32,000 nucleotides of DNA from a bacterium (lineage in GTDB: Bacteria > Patescibacteriota > JABMPQ01 > JAUVWW01). The position numbers and the translations under genes are program-made. Below, one piece after another: positions 15,321 through 22,442 of this stretch. The DNA is taken from positions 70,464-102,463 of the forward strand of contig JAUVWW010000004.1 in the NCBI GenBank assembly GCA_030603885.1. Reading direction: 5' to 3'. The stretch's first letter is position 1, and each line of letters starts with the position of its first letter. The notes beneath the pieces were generated by a model, which did no database searches, was not told where the DNA came from, and was given only the letters and a program-made list of their open reading frames with translations.

Positions 15321-16790
15321 GTGTCCAATCAAAAAGAGATTACAAAAAAGGATCTTAAAAAAATTGAAGATTATCTTTATGAAATTCCTAAAACTTTTAG
15401 ATCTGATATGAGAGTTCCAGCCAGAGTCTATACTGATGAGAAAATGTTAGATCAGATTTTTAGAGATAGATCTTTAGGACAGACAGTCAATGTTACTACC
15501 TTGCCGGGCATAGTAAAGTATAGTTTAGCCATGCCCGATGTTCACGAGGGCTATGGTTTTCCTATTGGTGGAGTAGCTGCCACTAATATTGCCAAAGGAG
15601 GAGTGATATCTCCTGGTGGAATTGGCTATGATATAAATTGCGGCATAAGACTAATTACTTCTCAAATAAATTACGATGAGATCAAGCCTTACTTAGAAGA
15701 AGTTATGAATCAGCTTTATAGAGATGTGCCCTGCGGAGTAGGCAGGGGAGGAGAGCTAAAGCTTGATTTTGCTGAATTAAATAAAGTCTTAGAAGAAGGG
15801 GTGAGCTGGGCAGTGAAGAAAGGTTATGCTACTAAAGAAGATCAGGAACATACAGAGCATAATGGACAGATGCTTGAGGCTAATCCAGACAATGTTTCTA
15901 AGAGAGCTAAAGAAAGAGGCCGAGGGCAACTTGGATCTTTGGGATCGGGAAATCATTTTTTAGAAGTACAAAGAGTGGCTAAGATTTTTGATGAAGAGAT
16001 TGCCAAAGTCTTTGGCTTATACAAAGATCAAGTGATAGTTATGATTCATTGTGGCTCACGAGGCTTAGGTCATCAAGTTTGCACTGATTATATTAAAACA
16101 ATGATGCCTGCTTTAGAAAAATATAAAATTACTCTTCCCGACAGAGAACTTGTTTGTGTTCCCTTTTCATCAGCCGAAGGAAAAAAATATTTCGGAGCCA
16201 TGGCAGCAGCAGCTAACTACGCTTGGACTAATAGACAGATAATTTTAAACACAGTTCGACAATCTTGGGAAAGAGTACTTAAAGGAAAAGTTAAAGATAC
16301 TGGCCTTAAAATGGTATATGATATTACCCACAATATAGGAAAGAGAGAAAAACACATCGTTGATGGAAAAGAGATGGATTTATGTGTTCACAGAAAAGGA
16401 GCCACCAGAGCCTTTGCTCCAGGAAGACCTGAGGTACCTTCTGATTATCAAAAAGTTGGACAGCCGGTTCTAATTCCTGGCTGCATGGGAACTTCATCTT
16501 TTATATTAGTAGGCACAGAGAAAGCTATGGAAACTACCTGGGGTTCAGTCTGTCATGGGGCAGGAAGAGCCATGTCTAGATCAGCTGCCAAAAGAAAAGT
16601 TTGGGGAGCAACCTTAAGGCAAGAGTTAGAGAAGAAAGGAATCGTGATTAGATGTAGAAGTAACGCTGGTTTGGCAGAAGAAGCCCCTATTGCTTATAAA
16701 AATATTGATGTTGTAGTAAATATAGTCTGTAAAGCTGGGCTAGCTAAGAAAGTAGCCCAGATGGTGCCCATTGGGGTGGTCAAGGGATAA
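15321..16790 (+). CDS. rtcB: RNA 3'-phosphate/2',3'-cyclic-phosphate ligase RtcB
   Basis: MPDVHEGYGFPIGGV, GIGYDINCG, GSGNHFLEVQ, HCGSRGLGHQV and SVCHGAGR motifs. GTG start. Confidence 0.95.
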   Translation: MSNQKEITKKDLKKIEDYLYEIPKTFRSDMRVPARVYTDEKMLDQIFRDRSLGQTVNVTTLPGIVKYSLAMPDVHEGYGFPIGGVAATNIAKGGVISPGGIGYDINCGIRLITSQINYDEIKPYLEEVMNQLYRDVPCGVGRGGELKLDFAELNKVLEEGVSWAVKKGYATKEDQEHTEHNGQMLEANPDNVSKRAKERGRGQLGSLGSGNHFLEVQRVAKIFDEEIAKVFGLYKDQVIVMIHCGSRGLGHQVCTDYIKTMMPALEKYKITLPDRELVCVPFSSAEGKKYFGAMAAAANYAWTNRQIILNTVRQSWERVLKGKVKDTGLKMVYDITHNIGKREKHIVDGKEMDLCVHRKGATRAFAPGRPEVPSDYQKVGQPVLIPGCMGTSSFILVGTEKAMETTWGSVCHGAGRAMSRSAAKRKVWGATLRQELEKKGIVIRCRSNAGLAEEAPIAYKNIDVVVNIVCKAGLAKKVAQMVPIGVVKG

Positions 16791-17107
16791 TGAAAATTCA
16801 AAATCTTACTAAATTTCAAAAACGAGTACTTGGTTTGGTTAGACAGATTCCAAAGGGTAAAGTAACGACTTATAAAATGATAGCTAAAGTTTTAAGGAGG
16901 CCCAAGGCTCAGAGAGCAGTGGGAAATGCTCTAAATAAAAATCCAAAGCCAATCAAGATCCCTTGTCATCGAGTAGTTAGATCCAACGGTCAAATTGGTA
17001 GCTATAAACTTGGGCAAAGAAAAAAGATTAAACTTTTAGAGAGAGAAGAAATTATTATTAAAAATAAGAGAGTTCAAGAGCTAGACAAATATCTCTTTAG
17101 ATGGTAA
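16790..17107 (+). CDS. ogt: Methylated-DNA-protein-cysteine methyltransferase, C-terminal (DNA-binding/active-site) domain only
   Basis: IPKGKVTTYKMIA...AVGNALNKNPKPIKIPCHRVVRSNG with the PCHRV active-site cysteine. 105 aa, with no N-terminal domain. Confidence 0.8.
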   Translation: MKIQNLTKFQKRVLGLVRQIPKGKVTTYKMIAKVLRRPKAQRAVGNALNKNPKPIKIPCHRVVRSNGQIGSYKLGQRKKIKLLEREEIIIKNKRVQELDKYLFRW

Positions 17108-17118
17108 AATAATAATAT

Positions 17119-17192
17119 TCCGGGGTCGTCTAATGGTAGGACGTCAGGTTTTGATCCTGAAAATTTTGGTTCGAATCCAAGCCCCGGAGCCA
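17119..17192 (+). tRNA. tRNA-Gln (anticodon UUG), CCA encoded
   Basis: tccgggg-tc-gtct-aatggta-ggac-g-tcagg-ttTTGat-cctga-aaat-tttgg-ttcgaat-ccaag-ccccgga-g-cca. Confidence 0.9.
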
Positions 17193-17196
17193 TTTT

Positions 17197-17223
17197 TGGC
17201 TTAAATAAGCCATTTTTTATTTT
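17197..17223 (+). terminator. Palindrome TGGCTTAAATAAGCCA plus T-run (terminator of the long operon)
   Basis: 16-nt perfect palindrome at 17197-17212 followed by ttttttatttt. Confidence 0.5.
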
Positions 17224-17300
17224 AAGTTATACACATTTATTTTTAGGTTATTTTGTTCTATAATAAGCTTAGATTAATTAATAATTAACTTAACAAAGCT

Positions 17301-17471
17301 ATGGCAGAAGAAATCACAGCCTATTGCGTTAAATGCAAGGCTAAAAAAGTGATGAAAGACCCTCAAGAGGTGACCATGAAAGGAAAGGGTGGTACGACAA
17401 GAAGAGCTATGAAGGGCACCTGTCCTGACTGTGGAACCACCATGTTCAGAATCATGGGCAAGAAGGATTAA
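17301..17471 (+). CDS. DUF5679-like zinc-ribbon protein (56 aa)
   Basis: Below the ORF-track size cutoff. My own translation is MAEEITAYCVKCKAKKVMKDPQEVTMKGKGGTTRRAMKGTCPDCGTTMFRIMGKKD*. It has CxxC...CxxC, matching the short DUF5679 proteins of Actinobacteria and CPR. Confidence 0.65.
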   Translation: MAEEITAYCVKCKAKKVMKDPQEVTMKGKGGTTRRAMKGTCPDCGTTMFRIMGKKD

Positions 17472-17542
17472 TTCTCCTTAAAAACCGGTCTTGTAAGATT
17501 CTCTAGTCGGGCTTAGAGGGATTTTATATTAAGTTCAGAGAG

Positions 17543-18307
17543 ATGAATAAATTAAAGGCAATTTTTGTATCCTTGCTAGTTTTTGTTGGTTTAGAAGTGC
17601 TAATAAAAAAGCAGGAATTTTTCTGGTGGATCATTTTATGTTTAATAGCTCTAGTTTTTAGTGCTTCTTTAAGCGTCGTTGGATTTAGATTCAGATATAA
17701 GAGAAGACTAAACTTTGTAATTTTACCTACCTTGTATATTGCTGGAGTCATCAGCATTTTTATTTTTTTACAAAAAGGAGGGATTAGACAAATCTATATT
17801 CTAGGCTCGTCTATATTTTTAGGATTGCTTTTATATAACATTGCTAAAACGACCCAAAAAACTGTAGAATTTTCTGAGGACAAATCTAAAAGAATTTTAG
17901 CTAATTATGTAGTTACTTTAATTTGTACTTTTTTTATTTACTCAGGCATAACCGGCCTTTCTGTCTTTCTAAACTGGCCAGCTTGGGTTACAATCTTAAT
18001 TATTTCAAGTATAACTTTTATCTTAGCCTATCAATCGTTTTGGTTCGCTGGACTTTTGTCCAAAGAAGCGTGGTTTTATATTTTGATTCTGGCCTTAATG
18101 GTGGCTGAGATCTATTGGTGCGTAGTCATCTTGCCTGTAGGATTTATTGCTTTGGGATGTGTACTTTTTTCTATATACTTTGTATTTTTAGGAATAACCC
18201 AAGCCTACCTAAAGCAGGAGTTGACTAAAAAAATTGTATGGCAACATCTGATTTTGAGTGCTATATTATTAATAGCTAGTCTTTCGACAGCTAGGTGGAT
18301 GTACTGA
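17543..18307 (+). CDS. Polytopic membrane protein, unknown function
   Basis: 254 aa with about 7-8 hydrophobic helices. No recognisable motif. Confidence 0.6.
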   Translation: MNKLKAIFVSLLVFVGLEVLIKKQEFFWWIILCLIALVFSASLSVVGFRFRYKRRLNFVILPTLYIAGVISIFIFLQKGGIRQIYILGSSIFLGLLLYNIAKTTQKTVEFSEDKSKRILANYVVTLICTFFIYSGITGLSVFLNWPAWVTILIISSITFILAYQSFWFAGLLSKEAWFYILILALMVAEIYWCVVILPVGFIALGCVLFSIYFVFLGITQAYLKQELTKKIVWQHLILSAILLIASLSTARWMY

Positions 18308-18323
18308 CGTAACTTATAACTCA

Positions 18324-19472
18324 ATGGAAAATACTCAAACTAGATCGAGAAGGCGAGGATATTGGATTTTGGTTATTATAGTTAGTATTATCTTTGGAGG
18401 TATAGCTGGGATCTTGGCTGATAAACTTCTTTTTCCTTATCTTTCGACTATTCCCTGGCTATCCAGATATGAAATTTTTAAAAGTAAAGGCAAAGAGATC
18501 ACTATTGAAAGGACTATAGAGAAAACAGTATCTGTAAAAGAAGAGGAAGCTATTTTAGAGGCAGCTAAGAAAGTTATGCCAAGCTTGGTTACTATCCAAA
18601 AGGTTCAAACTTGTCCTCCAAAAACTTTATGCAAACCTGAGGTTAAAGCCTCTGGTTTTATTTTATCTTCGGACGGATTGATAACATCAAGCAAAGCCAA
18701 TTTATCCAAAAAAGAAAAATATCAAATTGTAGACTCTGGCGGCAAGTCTTATCCTGTTGAAGAAATTATTTTCGATCCATTATCTTCATTAGCTTTTTTG
18801 AAAATTAAAGCAGAAAATCTGCCAGTGGTAGAATTGGGTTGGCCAGAAGATATAAGATTGGGAAGAAAGATCATTGCACTGAGCAAGAACCAAAATTTAG
18901 AAAATGTACTTGAGGCTGGGATTATAAAAGATGTAGATTTTTCTATTTTAGATTCTTATACTTCTCATGGAGAAGAACTAGAAAAGGCTTTTATACTCGA
19001 TAAGGATTTGGACAAGGATTTTTCTGGTGGACCAGCCATTAGTTTAGAAGGAAAAGTGATTGGACTCAATATCGTCTCTAAAGAACAGTCATATATTCTT
19101 CCTCCTGATATAATCAGATCTGCTTTTGAATCCCAGGCTGAATTAGGAAAGATTAGTCGTGCCTTTTTGGGTATTTTGTATATTGATCTTAGGCCGCGCT
19201 TTTCTCAGTTAAATAATTTATCCAAGGATTATGGAGCTTTGATTGTATCATCTGATCCAAAAGTTAAACCTGTCATAACAAACAGTCCAGCTGAAAAAGC
19301 AGGGCTTGAATCTCAAGATATAATTTTAGCTTTGGATGAAAATAAAATTGACCAAGAAAAAAGTTTAGGTCAGATTTTAAGACAATATAAAGCTGGGGAT
19401 GAGGTAGAATTGACCGTACTAAGAGAAGGGCAGGAATTGAAAATCAAAGTGAGACTAAGTGAGATGAAATAG
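18324..19472 (+). CDS. HtrA-like trypsin-fold protein with C-terminal PDZ domain; catalytic His apparently replaced
   Basis: N-terminal TM helix. SGFILSSDGLITSSKAN aligns with GSGFII..G.ILTNNHVV. DPLSSLAFLKI supplies the Asp and DFSGGPAI aligns with GNSGGPL. The PDZ-like tail contains PAEKAGLESQDIILALD. Confidence 0.7.
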   Translation: MENTQTRSRRRGYWILVIIVSIIFGGIAGILADKLLFPYLSTIPWLSRYEIFKSKGKEITIERTIEKTVSVKEEEAILEAAKKVMPSLVTIQKVQTCPPKTLCKPEVKASGFILSSDGLITSSKANLSKKEKYQIVDSGGKSYPVEEIIFDPLSSLAFLKIKAENLPVVELGWPEDIRLGRKIIALSKNQNLENVLEAGIIKDVDFSILDSYTSHGEELEKAFILDKDLDKDFSGGPAISLEGKVIGLNIVSKEQSYILPPDIIRSAFESQAELGKISRAFLGILYIDLRPRFSQLNNLSKDYGALIVSSDPKVKPVITNSPAEKAGLESQDIILALDENKIDQEKSLGQILRQYKAGDEVELTVLREGQELKIKVRLSEMK

Positions 19473-19492
19473 AAAAATAATTGTTGGATAGT

Positions 19493-19521
19493 TTGACTTT
19501 TAATTTTTGATATGATATACT
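19493..19521 (+). promoter_or_regulatory. Sigma70-type promoter
   Basis: TTGACT(19493-19498)-17 nt-TATACT(19516-19521), 20 nt before the ATG at 19541. Confidence 0.5.
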
Positions 19522-19540
19522 AGAAGTAGAGGATAAATTT

Positions 19541-20395
19541 ATGTCTCCATATCTAAAAGTCTTAAGTAGATATTGGTATGTAGTGGTTGTTATCTTTGTA
19601 ATAACTACGCTTTTAGGTTTTGTTATTAGTATCTTTCAGACTCCTAAATACAGGTCAACGGTTGAAGTTTTAATTATTCAAAGACATGGCACGGCTTTTT
19701 CTGCTGTGACCGCAGCTCAATCTGCCGAAGCCATTGCCAAGGTTTTAACCAAAGTAGTTTATACAAATACTTTTTTAGATGATGTTTTAGATTCAGGATT
19801 TGATGTAAAGAAGGAATTCCCTGTAGATCCAGAGGAAAGAAATAAGGAATGGGAAAAAACTGTGGATGTAGATCTTACTGATGTAAGTGGTATCTTAGAA
19901 ATAAATGCTTACGCTGAAGATAGATACCAGGCAGAACAAATTGCTTTAGCAGTAGCTTATGTGTTTACAACTAAAGGTAAACAATACCATGGTGGAGGAG
20001 AAGCCATTGGGATTAAGATGATTGAATCTCCTATCACTACAGATAAACCTGCTGTTCCCAATTTTCCAAGAAATATAGCTATTGGGTTTGTTCTGGGACT
20101 GGTTGCTGGTCTTGGGGTTGTATATCTTATTAGGCCACCTGAGGAAGAAAAGGTAGAATATCCAAGACCACCAAAAGCGGAAGAAAAAAAAGTTGCTCTT
20201 CCAAAGGTTCCTCCAGGGTTAGCTAAACCAGTCAAACCAAAGGAGTTTAGACCTAAAGAAATTCCGCGCCCTAAACCCAAAGAAGAGAAAAAAGAGATTC
20301 CCAAGGTGCCAAAACCTCCTACACCAGAACCAGAAGAGGAAGCCTATACTCCAGAAAAAGTGGATAGATGGATTAAGACAGGAAAGTTTGAATAA
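19541..20395 (+). CDS. Wzz/YveK-like polysaccharide chain-length-determinant domain protein with Pro/Lys/Glu-rich tail
   Basis: LSRYWYVVVVIFVITTLLGFVISIFQTPKYRSTVEVLI is Wzz-N-like. There is a second TM helix near residue 190. The C-terminal PKPKEEKKEIPKVPKPPTPEPEEE is low complexity. Confidence 0.6.
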   Translation: MSPYLKVLSRYWYVVVVIFVITTLLGFVISIFQTPKYRSTVEVLIIQRHGTAFSAVTAAQSAEAIAKVLTKVVYTNTFLDDVLDSGFDVKKEFPVDPEERNKEWEKTVDVDLTDVSGILEINAYAEDRYQAEQIALAVAYVFTTKGKQYHGGGEAIGIKMIESPITTDKPAVPNFPRNIAIGFVLGLVAGLGVVYLIRPPEEEKVEYPRPPKAEEKKVALPKVPPGLAKPVKPKEFRPKEIPRPKPKEEKKEIPKVPKPPTPEPEEEAYTPEKVDRWIKTGKFE

Positions 20396-20441
20396 TACTC
20401 TAATGTTACGCTAATAGACAGCGCTATTTTACCCTAATAGA

Positions 20442-20457
20442 TGGCTTAAATAAGCCA
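20442..20457. repeat. Second perfect copy of the palindrome TGGCTTAAATAAGCCA
   Basis: Identical to 17197-17212. Degenerate copies lie at 27871-27885 (tgcttaaacaagcca) and 30321-30336 (tgctttatttaagccg). Confidence 0.6.
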
Positions 20458-20494
20458 AAAAGTTTTAAGAAAATGTCGAGATCTTTCAAAACTC

Positions 20495-20523
20495 TTGACA
20501 TTTTTTTTATTTTATGCTAGGAT
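20495..20523 (+). promoter_or_regulatory. Extended -10 sigma70-type promoter of island 1
   Basis: TTGACA(20495-20500)-17 nt ending in atgc-TAGGAT(20518-20523). Confidence 0.55.
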
Positions 20524-20600
20524 ACTAAGATATCATTGTGGTATCTCTTGAGACATATTGTCTTAAGAAGGTTTGAAAATACAAAAAGAAGGAGGTAGAG

Positions 20601-21500
20601 ATGAAAAGAATGTTTCTCGTAGTACTGGTGGTAGTGGTACTGATGCCAGTGGTTGTATTTGCTGGAAATTTTCAGTACTATTCTCTTAAGGGAGCAAGGC
20701 TCCTTGAGGAGAAAAAGTCCACCGATCCGTTTGTCTCTGTGTTCAGGTTTGAAGTAGGTTACACCTACATTAAAACCGATTATGTTATTGAAAATCGGTT
20801 CGGTGTAGGTCTTAACCACATCCGACTCCCGGAAAGATTCAAACTCCTCAGAGGAATTCGAAAGTTTGTATTTTTCGATCTTGAAGGAGAAGTTGGACTT
20901 CGAAACATAGAGTTCTTCGAGTATGATACGGTTCAATCAGAGATGGTATTGAATCAGGCCGATATGATGGTGACCATTCTAAGGCCTACAATCAACGTGG
21001 AGACTAATTTTATGAAATTGATGCTGACAGATGAATTCGTACTCGATGGGATAAAGTATATGGATGCAAATACAGTAATAGGGAGAGTATTGCTTTATCC
21101 GACAAAGCACATTCGATCAGAACTTGTTGGCTCTTACACGTACATGGACAGAATTGAGAGGATAAACAGATTGAAGTCCGAATACTATACTGGAAAGTTC
21201 CGAGTTGGTTGGGAATTCACTAATGTAAAATTACTCAGACGGAAACTGCCTGGCTTCGAGCTCGGAGCAGAAATGTTCCTGGGCGAGAAGTACGAAAGCG
21301 AAATCTGGAAAACAGTTTCAACGGGCGCAGTTGGTCCGTACTTGAAAACTGGGTTTCACCTTGGCAATATGTTCTTCTGGGCAGATGTCTCATACCAACC
21401 AAGCATTGAGATGGTAGATATAGATAAGAGTCTCGGAACTGAGATTTCTCGTAAGGATAATCGATTCGATATCAGATTAGGGATGTACATCTTTGATTAG
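20601..21500 (+). CDS. Secreted protein with outer-membrane-beta-barrel-like pattern, unknown family
   Basis: Signal peptide MKRMFLVVLVVVVLMPVVVFAG. About 12 amphipathic alternating segments (FRFEVGYTYIK, KFVFFDLEGEVGL, FRVGWEFTN, GFELGAEMFLG, GPYLKTGFHLG, FFWADVSYQP, RFDIRLGMYIF). Strong RBS aaggagg. Confidence 0.6.
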   Translation: MKRMFLVVLVVVVLMPVVVFAGNFQYYSLKGARLLEEKKSTDPFVSVFRFEVGYTYIKTDYVIENRFGVGLNHIRLPERFKLLRGIRKFVFFDLEGEVGLRNIEFFEYDTVQSEMVLNQADMMVTILRPTINVETNFMKLMLTDEFVLDGIKYMDANTVIGRVLLYPTKHIRSELVGSYTYMDRIERINRLKSEYYTGKFRVGWEFTNVKLLRRKLPGFELGAEMFLGEKYESEIWKTVSTGAVGPYLKTGFHLGNMFFWADVSYQPSIEMVDIDKSLGTEISRKDNRFDIRLGMYIFD

Positions 21501-21563
21501 ATTATTAACCGAATAAACAATGTAGATTCCCTAAGTGGAATTTACTAAGAAAAGGAGGTTGTC

Positions 21564-22328
21564 ATGAAAAAAGCAAGGGGAGCATTCTCCTTCTGGGGCA
21601 AAATCGGAATCGTTGTTGTGCTCATCATTCTGGTGCTCCTAGTCTGCTTTTTCTTCGGAAGAGGAGGCTGTATAAAGACACCAGGACCGGAAGTTGCAGA
21701 AAAGAATACAACCGATGCGACTGCAGAACTGATAGAGAAAGTAGACAGCTTGAGAGCTGAGATCGAAGAACTAAAAAAGAAAGAGCCAGCTGCTCCAATT
21801 GTGGTGGTGAAGAACTATCCCAGGGTTGTAATCAGAGAAGAAATCAGAGAAGAACCCCCGGTTGAGGAGCATGAGCCTATCGTTCCACCTGATTCTGATA
21901 CCACTGAGACTGAGGTAGTAGATACAAACATCTACAAGGTGATGAGGACGAATGTTATTAGAGTTACAGGTGAGGTGGTCTATCTCTCAAGTGCGAAAAG
22001 GTTCTTTGATAAGCCTATGGACGGTGATATTGATATTCTACACGACGCGAATGGTTGGGGTTATTCAGCGGAACCAGAAAGTAAAGACCGGTTGACCAAA
22101 AACAATGGCTATTTCTCGATCCCGCTTTCTACTATCAGAGACAGAATTCCAATTACCACGAGAACTGATTTACAAAAAAGAGAGCTGAAAGGATACTTCT
22201 TCAACTTCGGTTTTTACCGGGGTATAGGAAATGTGTCCTGGGCTCAAGTTCACCTCGATCCGAAAAATTCAAACGTGGTTATTCTCCCCAACACCGGTGG
22301 ATGTTTGTACATCCCGGCTGGGGAATAA
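21564..22328 (+). CDS. N-terminally membrane-anchored protein with coiled coil and acidic/Pro linker, unknown C-terminal domain
   Basis: TM helix IGIVVVLIILVLLVCFFF, coiled coil AELIEKVDSLRAEIEELKKKE and a PPVEEHEPIVPPDSD linker. RBS aaaggagg. Confidence 0.6.
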   Translation: MKKARGAFSFWGKIGIVVVLIILVLLVCFFFGRGGCIKTPGPEVAEKNTTDATAELIEKVDSLRAEIEELKKKEPAAPIVVVKNYPRVVIREEIREEPPVEEHEPIVPPDSDTTETEVVDTNIYKVMRTNVIRVTGEVVYLSSAKRFFDKPMDGDIDILHDANGWGYSAEPESKDRLTKNNGYFSIPLSTIRDRIPITTRTDLQKRELKGYFFNFGFYRGIGNVSWAQVHLDPKNSNVVILPNTGGCLYIPAGE

Positions 22329-22345
22329 CTCAACAACAGGAAACA

Positions 22346-22388
22346 AAAGGGTGTTGGCATGATGTCGACACCCTTTATTTTTTTATTT
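22346..22388 (+). terminator. Rho-independent terminator of island 1
   Basis: aaagggtgttg / cgacacccttt stem (22346-22356 with 22366-22376) followed by attttttttattt. Confidence 0.65.
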
Positions 22389-22415
22389 GATTTTAAGGTA
22401 AAAATATGCTACAAT
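22387..22415 (+). promoter_or_regulatory. Extended -10 sigma70-type promoter
   Basis: TTGATT(22387-22392)-17 nt ending in atgc-TACAAT(22410-22415). Confidence 0.5.
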
Positions 22416-22442
22416 TAAAGAGATCAGGACCTAGAAATTACA

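Noticed and set aside
17524-18108. ORFs 17524..17757 (-) and 17923..18108 (+, alternative frame)
   Set aside because: They are nested in or overlap the 254-aa membrane-protein gene, which has the coherent TM-helix pattern. These two have none.
19957-20304. Minus-strand ORF 19957..20304
   Set aside because: It is antisense to the Pro/Lys-rich tail of the Wzz-like gene, and its Gly/Ser/Leu-rich product is the expected shadow.
20517-20936. Minus-strand ORF 20517..20936 (139 aa)
   Set aside because: It overlaps the promoter, RBS and 5' third of the beta-barrel-like gene in antisense. It has no RBS, and the plus-strand gene has strong start signals.
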